Shown piece by piece: positions 51,851 through 64,000 of a stretch of DNA of 64,000 nucleotides; the stretch's first letter is position 1; each line of letters begins with the position of its first letter. The notes under the pieces were generated by a model that worked only from the letters and a program-made list of their open reading frames with translations, had not been told where the DNA came from and did not search any database. Position numbers and translations under genes: made by a program. The stretch is from Lama glama (taxonomy: Eukaryota). The stretch spans positions 47,060,001 to 47,124,000 of the forward strand of contig CM052816.1 of assembly GCA_028534125.1 (NCBI GenBank). The letters run 5' to 3'.

Positions 51851-52434
51851 TGTGAATATCACTATTTCCCCCTTAGCATACAAAGGGAGGAGGAGGGATC
51901 CAGAAATAGCAATGTGCCACAGTTGGAAAGGCATTTATTTGATCTGTCTCTAAATTCCCATTTTCCATGTAGCACTTACCCTGTGGAATTGAAAATACTG
52001 CGAACGTGAAAAAGCCCTGCATCTCTCAGTGGTGTCTGGACAACCCTGGCAACTCGGAACATGAAGGAGAGAACAAGAAATCCCTGTGCTTTTCTTTTTC
52101 TTCTTTTCCAAGCACGTGTGCAGACGTCCCCTGCATTTCAGCCCCACCCTCTTTATTTTACTGCCTAATCTATAAAGGAGGATTAACAGCAACATGCTGC
52201 TTTGGCATAGAGCAGATTCTGGGTGAGGACCTGTAGGTAGAGTTTAATGAATACAATTTTCGAGGACTGTGAGTGCATATTTTTCACTACACGCTGGGCT
52301 CCAGCGTGGGCTCTTGAGACAGATGAACAGACCCTTTGATCAGACGTGGGTGTTGCTCCAAGAAGAACCTTTTCCAGAAAGTAGTTGGGGACGAATGTCT
52401 TCTGTTTCCCCTACTCCTAATTTGTACTCTGTAG

Positions 52435-52606
52435 ATCTGGATTCCAGATAACAGGTCCCCATAAGTGGCATGGTGGCCACTGAGATCCGCCACTGAGGGA
52501 AGCAAAGGTCCTTCTGGGCAGGGACGGGTCTGCTTTCCCGCGGAAGAGGATGGCTGGTGCTGATGTGTGCGGTCGCCATCCTTCCCCCTTGGAGAGGAGG
52601 CCAGAG
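52435..52606 (+). other. Candidate non-coding/5'UTR exon
   Basis: Branch-like ctcctaat, then ttgtactctgtag|ATC acceptor. Weak donor GAG|gtagtt at 52606, or extension to AATAAA at 52681. GC-rich unique sequence. Confidence 0.4.
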
Positions 52607-55046
52607 GTAGTTAACCTTCCTGGGGGAGGCTCGGCCTAGACAACATCATAGACGCCATATCCCCCCTGGAGTTACCAAACAATAAAGCTGCTTCCTTTGC
52701 CAAACACAAAGAATGGTCTGGACTTGGATATTAGCAAACAGCAAACTGCCTAAAGAAGAAAGAGGGTGGGAGGGAGAAGGAAGCAAAGGGGACTAGGAGG
52801 AAGGTGGGAAGAAAAGAAGGAAAATTACATGGAGAGAAAGCGTAAAATAAGATCCCTTTTCTGCTTTAGTTTGCCAGGGAAAGGGCAGCCATCCAGTCTT
52901 GTCTTGATTTTAGCCAGTGCCATGGCAGCGATAGGGGAGATGGAAAAGAGGTTTTGATGTGATGCCAAGCAGGGCAGGGATGAGGCATCGGCTCTTGTGG
53001 AAATAGCTGGGACTTTAAGACCTTGGCATTGGGAGAGTGCGATCAAGATGGTGAAGTGATTCGATCTCATACATTCCCGCTCAGGACCCTCTCCTTCTCC
53101 TTCTAATAGGATTAACAGATATTTTCCTAAGCAGAAATCAAAATGTGTCACATCATCTGAGACAGTCAATTTGTTCACAATGCCCACATTCTTGCTGTAC
53201 GGATGCAGCACTATTCAAAAACAGTTTCATTTCAAGAGATACAATGCAGCGGAGAGGTAAACATTTATCTTCATAATCTTACACTCCTTTCAGACTGCTT
53301 AATTTTTCCCGGTGATTTTCCCCTCCTCTTTCACTCCACCCCCAAGCTCAGCTTCAAAACATTTTGTACAAAAAAAAAAAAAAGACATGACTTCCCCAGA
53401 GGATTCGGATCTCAGTGATCCTGGTGATGCAACGTGTGCTCTCCATTATTCCTGGGAGCTCCCTGACTGTGTTCCTGCATCCTGCCTCACAGCTTCCGTC
53501 GCCTCTGCGTTTGCATTACTTACAAATCTTCCTCCAACACCTGCAAAGGTTACCGCCACCTCTTCCTCCCTCTTCATCCCAAGTTATCAGGACTCCTTCC
53601 CACCCCCACCCCACCCCTGGTCTTTCCCCCTTTACTGTTATTATTGCTATTATCCTTCTCTCCACCAGCACAGCCCTCTGCAGCTTCCCCTTAGGGAGGC
53701 ATTAAGTTGCCTTCCTTTGTGCTACCTTAAAACTGCTTGTCCTCCCCCAGCTCCCTTTGAACACAAGGACCAGTGTCACCTTTGGAACAATGAGAGACAG
53801 TACTTAGAGTGGGACTCCAACTTCACATTGTTGGCATTCCTGGAACTCTCTTGCATTTTTTTCCCCGCCCCCCATCCTTCCTTCTCATTGAGACCCCGTA
53901 ATATAGCAGCAATTAGAAACTCTGAAATGAATAGAAACAATAGCTATGGGGATGTTGTATTCCTGAGACTTGAATAGTAGACATTTAGCAAGCAGAATAC
54001 AGTCTCATTCTCCCCTCTTTCTTACCGTGTGTATATTCAGTGTACATGTGTAGATAGTTTATTTTTAAGTGGATTGCTGGCAGTATTTTCTGTAACAACA
54101 CATTTTCCACTGATCTATTTTAGGTGTCGATTTAACCATAATGCTCTATGTGATCATGGTGTCAAAATATAATGAATTGGTCCACTCTTCCTAGAAAGCC
54201 CTCTCCACCATTTTCCTTTCCTGCCTCTTAAAATCCTACCCATTCTGCAGGAACCAGCTCACAGTCAAATCTCCTCCTGGCAACTGTCCCAAACCCTTCT
54301 GGTAGAATTTCTCTCCCTCCCTCCTGGCACCGTTGTGGGTATTTATGCCTCTGCGCTGCTTGGAGTCAGTTTTGAAATCCAGCTGTTGTTGACGTATGTC
54401 TGCACAAGTAGACCATGAGGCGGAGGACGAGGAACTTTTGTCCTCCTTTCTGGACCCCGTGCCACTCCCAGGAGGGTGTCTGGCACAGCAGGAGGGCTCT
54501 ACCACCTGGGGAGGAAGTGTGGATGCTTCAAGCCTGAGAAAAACCCAGTTCCTTCTTGGGGTACCTCTGAAACAGGGGGACATCAGACCGCTCCTGTCCC
54601 ACTTCTCCCACCTCATTTCCACTTTTATCTGACAGTGATTTTGAGGCTTTCCAACATAAGAATTTTTAATATTTTTTCATCTAAATACTCATCTTTAGTA
54701 AATACATAACTAGATGGATTGTGAAGTGAGGGAATTAAAAAGTGCTATCTTATATCTGAACAAATAAATCATTTATATTAGCTCTTCTCTTTCTAGGCTA
54801 GTCTGGAACTGACAACAAATACCGAGGCATCAGTACTCTTTGACATGGTCTATTCATTAATTAATTTGCTTTTTTTTTTTTTTTAGTGTTCTGACAAGTT
54901 GTTTACTGTGAGCCAAATGTCAATTAGCATTGTCCTGAAAAGGAGTTGCAGTGCTACATGTGTTTGTATTTAGCTTTTGACTCATCCTGGTTATTTTGGC
55001 TTTTATTTGCACAACATATTTATCTTCAAAGACTTACCATCACCAC

Positions 55047-55067
55047 CACACACACACACACACACAC
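55047..55067. repeat. (CA)n microsatellite
   Basis: Directly visible, next to the SINE TSD. Confidence 0.85.
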
Positions 55068-55079
55068 AAATCCTACTTA

Positions 55080-55163
55080 GGGTGGAGGGTATAGCTCAGT
55101 GATAGAAAGGGTGCTTAGCATGCACGAGGTCCTGGGTTCAATCCCCAGTATCTCAATTTTTAA
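55080..55163 (+). mobile_element. tRNA-Ala(AGC)-derived SINE (camelid vic-1-like)
   Basis: ggagggtatagctcagtgatagaaagggtgcttagcatgcacgaggtcctgggttcaatccccag. Perfect 12-bp TSD aaatcctactta at 55068-55079 and 55164-55175. Confidence 0.92.
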
Positions 55164-56449
55164 AAATCCTACTTAATATTTTAACATTTTCTTAAAACCA
55201 TTCCTTGTTAGCAACCCTATCATTTCAGTACTGAATTTTTTTCTCCTGATAAGGCAAATGACACTTTAGCCTTAGTTAATGTAAAACAGGGAGGTGTTAA
55301 TCTCATTTTCAACATGTCAGCTCTTCCAGGTAGGGTATTAATACGCAAGAGCCCCTGCTGGCAGACTCAACAGAATCTTTCTGGCTGTGAAGTGAAGTCC
55401 AAACCTGGTAATTTTTGCTTTCCTTTATTGTATGTGCTCAGTTCAGCTTCATTCATTGAAAAAGATGTATCAGTAGCTAAATGCATATAAAGAGACAAAG
55501 AGATGTTTGCAAACTATTGACTTTACTCTGTACTCAGATACTATAATAGGTTTGTTTTAAAATATTCACACACTACAAACATTTGGGTATGTTTGATGAT
55601 AAATAGTAACTAGGCAAGGCATATTTAAAAGACTCTCTGAGATCTATAATTTTGCATCAGAGAATTCCAGGCCAGTGTCACCATTTGCTCGATTTAATCT
55701 GCCCTCTTTAAAACAATAATTGTAAAGAATTAAACAAGGAAAATTATGGACTATGTGGGAGGATGTGTTATAGAATTCCATATCCCACAAGAAAAAAATT
55801 TATATTCCTGATGTAATGTGGGAATCAAACTGTGTGTTTATTTATTTTTTGGTCAGGGTGTAGAGATGAAAGAAAAGTTTTCACGGTATTGAATTGGTGT
55901 AGACAGGGTCAAGAAAATTTATTTCCCACAGAAATTGTTAGGAGTTTGGGGGATTTGTCCTACTTACTTTATTCCTATAAAAAGGAATTTTTAAAGGACA
56001 GTTTCAAAAGAGGTCAGAGAGAGCAAAAAAGAAATCAATAACTATAGTGAATATAAAAGATAATTAAAATTAAGCTCCCTTATACGTAAATATGATGAAG
56101 AGATTTTAAAGAAAATGTCACATGGTTCCAATTTAAGGGAGAATTAGAACTGGCATTTTAATCTCATTTGGGAAGGGGGTTTTATGTGGTTTTTAAAAAT
56201 CATAGATAAATAGATTATAGATACTGATGAACTATTAATTCATGTGAACTAGAAATAAGAGAGAAGCAGAAAAAGTAAAACTTGATGCTACCATAGACAA
56301 AGAAAATCATTTTACAGGGGTCGTCGAGTAAAAGAGTTGTGGTTTAAGGATGAAACGGCACGGGACCTTGGCAGTGCACAACCACCAAATCTTCCAGCAA
56401 GTTGAAAAGAAACTGCAGAGGAGAAACCATGATGGTGACACCGAAGAGG

Positions 56450-56605
56450 TTAACTTTTATGCACGTCTCCCACTTGCTAGTCACACATTCCTGTTTCGTG
56501 GCTGATACCAGTAGTGTTATGCCCATTTTGCAGATAGAGAAGCCGAAGTGCAGAGAAACCGAGATTCCCGAGTCACGCAGAATTACGTGCAAGCCCCAGG
56601 CCTGT
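56450..56605 (-). mobile_element. MIR SINE fragment
   Basis: ttatgcccattttgcagatagagaagccgaagtgcagaga. Confidence 0.6.
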
Positions 56606-58339
56606 GCTGCTGCTGCTGCTTCTTTTTTTGTGTGTGTTGAGTTTGAGATAGGGCTTGAAAACTGTGGAAAGAAGGGAAGAAAGATGAACCAAAAAGATAT
56701 GAAATAAAGACAAGAGAGTCATTGAGGAATTCAGAGCTGTCAAATCTAGCCAGAAAAAATAAGGCAGAGAAAAAGTGAGATGACAAAAATTTTTTCTTCT
56801 CTTCCTGTCCAAGTTAATAGCATGCACCGTGCCTCTCTCGTTCCTCTCCTGTCTGTGCACACTTTCCCACACACCGTTCTACAGTTATATACTTCATTTC
56901 CTTGCCCACTGGGTCAATACTTTATCACTTTACCAGTTTCTTTTTGTAATAGCTTTTTACACTCCTTGCGGGTGAAGGTGTACCCCCAGAAGAAGAGGAT
57001 GACAAAAGGAAGGAGAAGGTGGGCAAGAGAGGCCTGGTAAGCAGGATCACTGTCAGAGCTACATCTCGATTGTTCCATTTCCCCAGTGGGCATGATTATG
57101 CATTTCCCCTTAAGCATGAGGCCATGCTGTTTTCTGTGTTTAGCTTTTACCTGGAACATGGATGAATTCACTTAAAATAATAGCAGGTTTAAATTCTAGC
57201 ATTGTTCATTGCAACCACGTAACTGCTGTTTTATACATTGCATCTTAATTCTCCTTCTGGAAAAGTAACCCAGTTATAACCTGTATCATTTGTATCATTG
57301 TTGACATTTTGATTTTGTTTGAAAACAATTTAGTACAACTTTAATTGAAGATCTTAAGCCTCACAGGTGAGCAGGCTTGTGGGTAAGATGTGGAAATAGT
57401 GGGAGAAAATAATTCATCAAAGCAATTAAATGACTTGCATGGGATCACACAACTGGCGGAGTCTGAACTGGAGACCTGAGCTCTTCTTCCATGCTCTGCG
57501 TCCTACACAGGGCCTTCCAAAGTCAGTTTGGTCAGTGTGAAGTGCTACAAAGGATTGCGTTGGAAGTCCCTGCTCATGGGCTTATTTTTCTATTAGGGTA
57601 TGTCCCAAGTAGTTCTAGAAGGAAAATTGTAAAACATCTTTTGAAGGAAGAGAAATTCTAAGTCGAAAAACTCCAAAGCCCCAAACAAACAGCCCTACCA
57701 CCTATTTGCTATTATGCAACATCACAGATGGGGCTTAAGTAAATCTTTAGCTATAAGTAGTGAAGCACAAACACAGCCAATAAACATTGGCCTTATTTTT
57801 CTATCTGCCAAAATAAGTAAGGACGTAAACAGTCAAAGAAAAGCATGGGCACTAAATTGATTTCTTACTCAAAGCTGCACTTCCAAGTATTTTCCCAGTT
57901 AACAAATATTGAGTACTCATTTCCTGTTAGATGCTGTGCTAGAGTCCTCTGAGTGAACCAAACAGACATAATCCCCACCCTGTTGAATAAACTAATTTGG
58001 GTAATTGTTCTACTTTCAAAATACAAGCAATTTACTTACCAGCCACTCACATTTTAGTATGAATTACTTTTGATGAATAGTTTCCTTGATTCTTTGTTCT
58101 TGAAGGATGTTAATTAGCAATATGTGTTTTGTTGTTTATGGGGAGGATTTAGTGCAGTAAACAGGGAGTAAAAAAAACAAGTGAGAGAGGATTTTAGAGA
58201 ATGGATAATTTGGGAAAGGCATACTAGAATGTGATGCCACAGTAGAAAGTTGTGGTTGCCTTAGGTTATGGATATCTAGAGGAAATTAGGGAAGAGGGTG
58301 ACCAAGGAAAGCTTTGTCTCCTAAGAATTTTGGTAGCAA

Positions 58340-58461
58340 TTTCTTGACCCAATGACATCTGTCAGATTTCTGATCTCCAGAATGGTAAGAAAATGTTTTA
58401 TGTTGTTTTAAGCCAGTAAATCTATGGTAATTTGTCACAGCAGCGATAGCAAACTAATACA
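58340..58461 (+). mobile_element. MLT1 (MaLR) LTR 3' end
   Basis: gatttctgatctccagaa...gttgttttaagccag...tggtaatttgtcacagcagcgatagcaaactaataca. Confidence 0.75.
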
Positions 58462-58669
58462 ATCCCTATCCTCTTTGTGCTCATATTCTAGTAATACAAT
58501 AAAATAAATAGTGCAATAAAAATAAAAATATGCAACAGGTGTTTACCTATTCTAATAAGGCTGTGATGGATATGAAGTAACATGATAGAGACTATAACGA
58601 ACACAGCTTAAAACTTTTCAATGCTTCAGTCTTTGAGAATGCTCCAGTGTGTAAGTTTTGATGTTAGGT

Positions 58670-59660
58670 AAAGACTAGCTCCCCACATAGGAGCTTTTAA
58701 ATCTGTCTTTGTATCTAGACTAGGAGCACAGGCATATGACTTGGGTTGCACTAATTAGATACACCCATGTTGGGATTTGAATCAGATGCTATGATGCAAG
58801 TAAGGATAGTTTGGAAAGTTTCTCTTCCTCTCACCCCTTCATCCTTCCCTCCCCTTCTCTCTCTCTCCTGCAATACTAGCTGAGGCTACAAGATAATAAT
58901 ACATGGCACAAAAGAGCCAACGTGCCCTTAGTAGCTAGAGTTATTCCTTTATCAGATCAGCTCTTCAACATAGTTTTGGATGCTAGTAGAGTGGAGGGAA
59001 AATTTTCCTTTACCCTTCTAGACTCTTTTGGCTAGTCTATTAATTAAATTGACATAAGATTGACAGGAAAAAAACAAATTTAATTACATACGTAGGGGAG
59101 CCCTGCAAAGAAATGAGAGGCTCCCTGACAGTCAGGCAATTGAGGCTTATATGCCATTCTGAGCTAAGAAGGAAGCTGAGGGCTTCAAAGGGAAGGGAGA
59201 CAATTCACAGGAAGATGGGAAGAGCAAATGTTTGGTACATAACTGTTTGCCAGGCAGTGCAGAGACACTGGGACTCAGAGAGGACTTTGAACAAACGGGC
59301 TGTGTGGGGTTCCCCGGCTTACCACTCCTCCCCACACTTTTTGTAGTTATCTCTGGTGCTGGTTCTCTTCCTGGACCAGGCCTTCTACCCAAATTCCTTT
59401 AGGCTGTTAAGGGGGAGGTTAAGAAACATTCTTCCTGAGTCTTTTGGGCCTAACTTGACTTCGGCTTAAAGTAAGCCATATTCCAAAGCAGCACAATTTG
59501 GGGGAGGATTGTTCTAACCCCCTTCACTGTCTGTAAGCTTAACTCCAGCCTAGTTCTCTGGTCCTCTCAACAATTCAGTGAGCCACAAAATATCCTTTTA
59601 TTAAACTCCTTTTTGCTTAACCAGCTGGAGTCGCCTCCGATGACTTGAAGCTGTAGGCCC
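58670..59660 (+). mobile_element. Old ERVL-class LTR (LTR33-like) interrupted by a younger ERV1 LTR
   Basis: gcacaggcatatgacttgggttgcactaattagatacacccatg upstream; tatccttttattaaactcctttttgcttaaccagctggagt downstream. Confidence 0.45.
58985..59526 (-). mobile_element. ERV1 solo LTR (MER34-like)
   Basis: Reverse complement begins tgaagggggttagaacaatcctcccccaaattgtgctgctttggaatatgg, a MER34-type start. About 540 bp. Confidence 0.7.
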
Positions 59661-59679
59661 TGGTGGAAACGGGGAGTAA

Positions 59680-60060
59680 TTAGAAGAGACTAACTTTAGA
59701 CATAGTGGTCAGAGAGGTCTCTCTGAAAAGGTGGTATATGAATGGGGCAGGGAGGATGTGAAGGAACAAGTGATATGAACAGCTAGGGGGAAGCAGGGGC
59801 TGATGAAGTGCAAAGTCCACTGAAAGGAACTGGAGGTCTGGGGAGAGCAAGACCAACAAGACCCCTGCTTGGGTGGCGTTTACCTCTGGTGAGAGTATTT
59901 AGACAGTAAAAGGTAGGCAAATAATAAGTAACATAATTTCAGATAGAGATAAGTGTTATAAATAAAATGAAAGATAGAGTTATAGGCTGCAGGCAAAGGA
60001 CTGTTTTGAATAGGGTGGGCAGGAAAGGCTTCTCTGAGGAGGTGACATTACTCAGAGATA
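59680..60060 (-). mobile_element. L2 fragments
   Basis: agtggtcagagaggtctctctgaaaaggtgg and ggcaggaaaggcttctctgaggaggtgacatt. Confidence 0.6.
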
Positions 60061-62167
60061 TAGGCGATTTATGACTTAGAGAAAATCCCTTGAGTACACT
60101 ATTGGGACACTTTGCTTAGGGAAGTGAATTTCATAAGGGTTCTTAAAATAAAAACAAATATTGCAGGGCCGTCTTTGCCAAGGTTAGGGATGTTGGGAGA
60201 ATTGAACAGAGTCTGCTGCTTGAGACAAAGATCTTTAAATGCCAGTTGATTTCATCTTTTTGCTGATGTTCTCAGGCTTAAAGTTGCCAAATACATATGA
60301 CTGTATTTTTAGGGAGAAAATTCCTTACATGATGAACATTTTTCTACAACTACAAATTGGCTTACACTTTGTTTTGGGTAGCTGCTATGTGAACAAAAAC
60401 TAAAAACAAAATATGGAAGACAAAGGCAGTGTTGGTTCTTCATCACTTTGTCAGAAGCTCTTCTGGTTTGATGGACTAGGCTGTCAACGATGGAATATAG
60501 GCAGCGCTAACAGAAAGAAACCTCAGCTTCAAGCAACAGTGTTCCAAAATAATCTATCTGCAGGTGGAAGTTGCTGGTTTTATGTGAGCATGAAAAATTA
60601 ATTATCAATGAAGAGGCATTTACTTCTTTCAGAGTCCATGTATTTATTGACAAATAAATGTTCTTTATCTTCCCAGAGGAAAGAAGTATTTTCTAAAATT
60701 GTTTCATTAATTTACTGACATGAGTCAAAGCTTTGAGGGGAAAAAAGCAAATGTACTTTCTCAGTTAGATCCCAGAAAAGATTAGCCAGGTGGGTCTTTG
60801 GTATGTTTGTTTTTCAGTAGAGTAATTATCCAGAATATCTTTTCCCCTACAAAACCATAAAATTATCCCAGCAAAATGTAAACAGACTTACTGGTATATA
60901 TGGAAAACTGTATATGTAAATCTACTTTTACTTTCTTCCCAAACCCCAAAAATGGGAGTAAGAGACGTTACCAGGAAGCACAAGTCAACAAGGACAGAGA
61001 GGACAGAAGAGAAGAACAAAAGAAACAAATAAGCAAACAAACAACCTAGAGGCTAGAAAACAAGTGAGTGTGTGTTAAAGAGAACTTAATGGACCTAAGC
61101 TACAGATCCTAAAGCCAGCAAAGAGGAAAACTGTGGACTTGCTCAATTTTACAGCAGAGCTTGGCAGCACTGAATGTCTCTGGAAATGGGACTGAAAAGG
61201 GATGGGGAAGTGGGTAATATAGAAGGATCTGCTGAAAATCTAAAAAGCAGTCAGATCCTTCAATGACAGTCCCAATTCCCAGCATCTAGGCAACCAATGC
61301 CCTTCTCTCCTTCCCCCACCCAACCCACAACCCTGTCAGAGGGCTGGAGATCTAGTCTCTGGGGAAGGTAAGACACAGGGTCGCTTGGCTGGGTAGGGGC
61401 TGAAGGTGAGGATAGGATACAAAAGCAGGGAAAATAAGTAGAAATATGTATGCTAAGTGGTGAAAACCTTAGCCTTCTTTTTCTACCCACCTTCCAGAAT
61501 AGTAGTTGACAGACTTTTACTTACAACCAGGAGATTAGAAGATCTTTACCTGTACAGGCCAGGTCAAAAGGAAAACATTTAAAGATACCGACATTCTAGG
61601 CCCCTCAACCAAACAGCCAAGCCAGATCACCATAAGGTAAAACTTGGATAATAAAGTAAAACTGCCTTTTTCCAGCTCAGCACCCTTACACAAACATAAA
61701 TACACACAGATACCTATTGTCTTTATCAGTGGAGAGAAATCTTTCATTTGAAAAGTAAAGATACCAAAATAAAGCAACAGATAATAGCAAGTTGGAGGAA
61801 ACACATACTCTACATGAAAAACAAAAATAAAACATAAATTACATCATTAATAACATCATTAATATCACCAGAAAGGGTTTAAAACAAAAGATATGTCAAC
61901 CATGAAACAAGAACAGGCTACTGCAACAAATTAGAACATTCAGAGACCAAAACAAGGTATTGGAATTTTAAAAATGTCTATGTGTGAAAGCAGAAATGAA
62001 AAAAGAGATTATAAGTACTGGAAGATAAAAACTTCTGACGAAATTTCCCAGAAATCAGAACAGAAAAATAGATGGAAAAAAACAAAAAAGATGACTAGTC
62101 CAGGAGATCCAAAATTCAGATAAAATAGAAAACACAAAAAACAAAAAGGGATGAGGGAGAGAAGGGT

Positions 62168-62746
62168 TGTATTAGTTTTCTGTTACTGCATAGCAAAGTA
62201 TCACATACTTAGCACCTTAAAACAGCATACATTTATTATCCCACGGTTTCCATACCCTTAGCTGGGGTCCTCTGCTCAGGCTTTACAAGGCTGCAGTGCA
62301 GGAGTCAGCTTGGGCTGGGGTCTCTTCAGGGGCTCAGGATCCTCTTCTAAGCTTGTGCATTTTTTTTTTTTTGGCAGAATTCATTTCTTTATAGCTCTAG
62401 AATTCAAGGTAGCTTGCTTTTTCAAGGCCAGCCAGAAAGAGCAACTTTTACTCCTAAATCCTCTTTTAAAAGGCTCACCTACCAGGTCAGGCCCACTCAG
62501 GAGAATCTCTTTTTGATTAATTTAAAGTCAGCTGATTAGAGATCTATATTATATTTGCAAAATCCCTTCACCTTTGCCATATAACATTATATAATCATGG
62601 GGGTGCTATTTTGATCCCTTTGCCATATTCGATTAGTTAAAAGCAAGTTAAAAGTCCTATATATACTATATAGAAGGAGATTCTGTCAAGGAATGTATAC
62701 CATGGAGGGGAATCATGAAGACCAAATTAGAGTTCTGCCTACCACA
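62168..62746 (-). mobile_element. MLT1 (MaLR) solo LTR, MLT1E/F-like
   Basis: tgtattagttttctgttactgcatagcaaa...agagttctgcctaccaca, with TG...CA termini. Confidence 0.85.
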
Positions 62747-63184
62747 GGAGAGCAGGGAATCACTAAAGATATAATACAAGACAGTTTTCCAGACTTGAAA
62801 CACATGATTTTCCAGACTTAAAGAAATCACTGAATGCCAGCATAATGATGAAGACAGATCCATACCAGACTTTCAGGAAACAGCAAACCATGAGAAGATC
62901 TGATAAGCTTCTGTTGAGGGGCATGTCACAAACAAAAGATCAGAGATGAAAATAGCTTTGAATTTCTAAACAGAACTACTTAAAACTCAAAGATGTTGGA
63001 AGAATGCCTTCAAATTTATGAAGCACAATGATTTCTACACTTGAATTCTATACTTATAAAAACTATCTGTTTAGGCTCAGGATATAGTAAAGACATTTTC
63101 AACATGTAAGATCTCAGTTATTTCTGACGTACCTTTCCTCAGAAGAATGCCTTCAAATTTGCTTCATCAAAAATGGGAGAAAAT

Positions 63185-63425
63185 GGGGGAGAAGGTTAGA
63201 TTAGGAGTTTGGGATTAACAGATACAGATTACTATATATAAAATGGATAAACAACAAAGACCTACTGTATAGCACATAGAACTATATTCAATTTCTCATA
63301 ATAAGCTATAGTGGAAAAGAATCTGAAATACACACACATATATATGTATAACTCAATCACTTTGCTGTACCCCTGAAACATTATAAATCAACTACACTTC
63401 AATAAAAAATAAAATTTAAAAAAAA
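63185..63425 (+). mobile_element. 5'-truncated L1 (3'UTR and A-tail)
   Basis: ttaggagtttgggattaacagataca...ctactgtatagcaca...ctacacttcaataaaaaa. Imperfect TSD ending ggagaaaat on both sides. Confidence 0.85.
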
Positions 63426-64000
63426 GGAGGAGAAAATCAAGAAAGAGAATACAGGAGAATTAGCAGAAGAATAAGGCAAAGGGAATCCCAAGATCATGGT
63501 AAAGGAAGATTCCAAACAACCATAATGCAGGGTTGAGAAAGCAGCACACCCAGAATGGGGAAAGTTGCAAGGCTTCAAGAGAGATTTCTTCTATAAAATG
63601 AAATTCAGAATGGGGAATGAAGTTGTTAGACTACTTCCTGCATCTTAATATACTTGAGAGAGATTTAGACTATTGACATAGTGTTTTGACTTGAATTAGT
63701 GATAGATAACTCAGAGAAAATTAAGAAAATAGCAACATAAAATGATTATCAAAAATTGTGCAGGAAAAGGAAAGAAATCCTGATTTATTACATGGTGCAG
63801 ATATGAATAATGTTTACATAGTAATAATAATGTCAACATAAAAGTGAGGTATAAGTGTATGTGGCGAATGAGAGAGTGGGAAGATTGTGCATGTGTTATA
63901 CGGGCATGAGGAAAGTAAAGCTAGATCTTCAACTTCTACTGCAATAGATCTAGAGATAATGCCTAAAACTGTGAAAACAAGAAGAGGCTATGCTGCATGC

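Larger units (their letters stand above)
60900..64000 (+). mobile_element. Ancient HAL1/L1M-type element (decayed ORF1), with nested insertions
   Basis: aaatttcccagaaatcagaacag...tccaggagatccaaaatt...ataatacaagacagttttccagacttgaa, plus 62940-63070 resembling the ORF1 'W.NAFK.......F...ILY' region. Boundaries approximate. Confidence 0.6.

Noticed and set aside
53312..53977. Longest ORF in the track (221 aa)
   Set aside because: Non-ATG start, runs through a poly-A tract and pyrimidine-rich low-complexity DNA, and has no recognisable domain. Most likely chance.
1..64000. Conserved miRNA hairpins, snoRNAs or a nameable host gene
   Set aside because: By eye I found only short seed-like matches and no coding exon or UTR I could confidently recognise. 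A Rfam/miRBase/BLAST search would be decisive.

Overview
AT-rich, CpG-depleted mammalian genomic DNA. The tRNA-Ala-derived SINEs and the L1 3' ends point to a camelid (alpaca/llama/camel); that is inferred from repeat content only. I recognise no protein-coding exon of a host gene, no rRNA, true tRNA, miRNA or CRISPR. Every ORF in the track with recognisable homology is a transposon relic (Tigger1 transposase, L1 ORF2); L1 ORF1 relics were found by manual translation. The flanks (about 1-35 kb and 57-64 kb) are full of old and young repeats. These include a near full-length Tigger1 and its short derivative, a 5'-inverted L1, an L1 5'UTR/ORF1 fragment, short L1 3' ends with target-site duplications (TSDs), MaLR/ERV LTRs, MIR, L2 and a HAL1/L1M relic. 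The centre (about 35.2-51.3 kb) is strikingly repeat-poor. It holds a GC-richer promoter/exon-like block at 44.4-45.0 kb, and a second exon-like block follows just beyond it at 52.4-52.8 kb; both blocks carry plausible splice signals on both strands. The best reading is the 5' non-coding or regulatory region of an unidentified gene or lncRNA, possibly a sense/antisense pair. I see no convincing evidence of a new biological system. Repeat family names come from recalled consensus sequences, and boundaries without TSDs or terminal inverted repeats (TIRs) are approximate.
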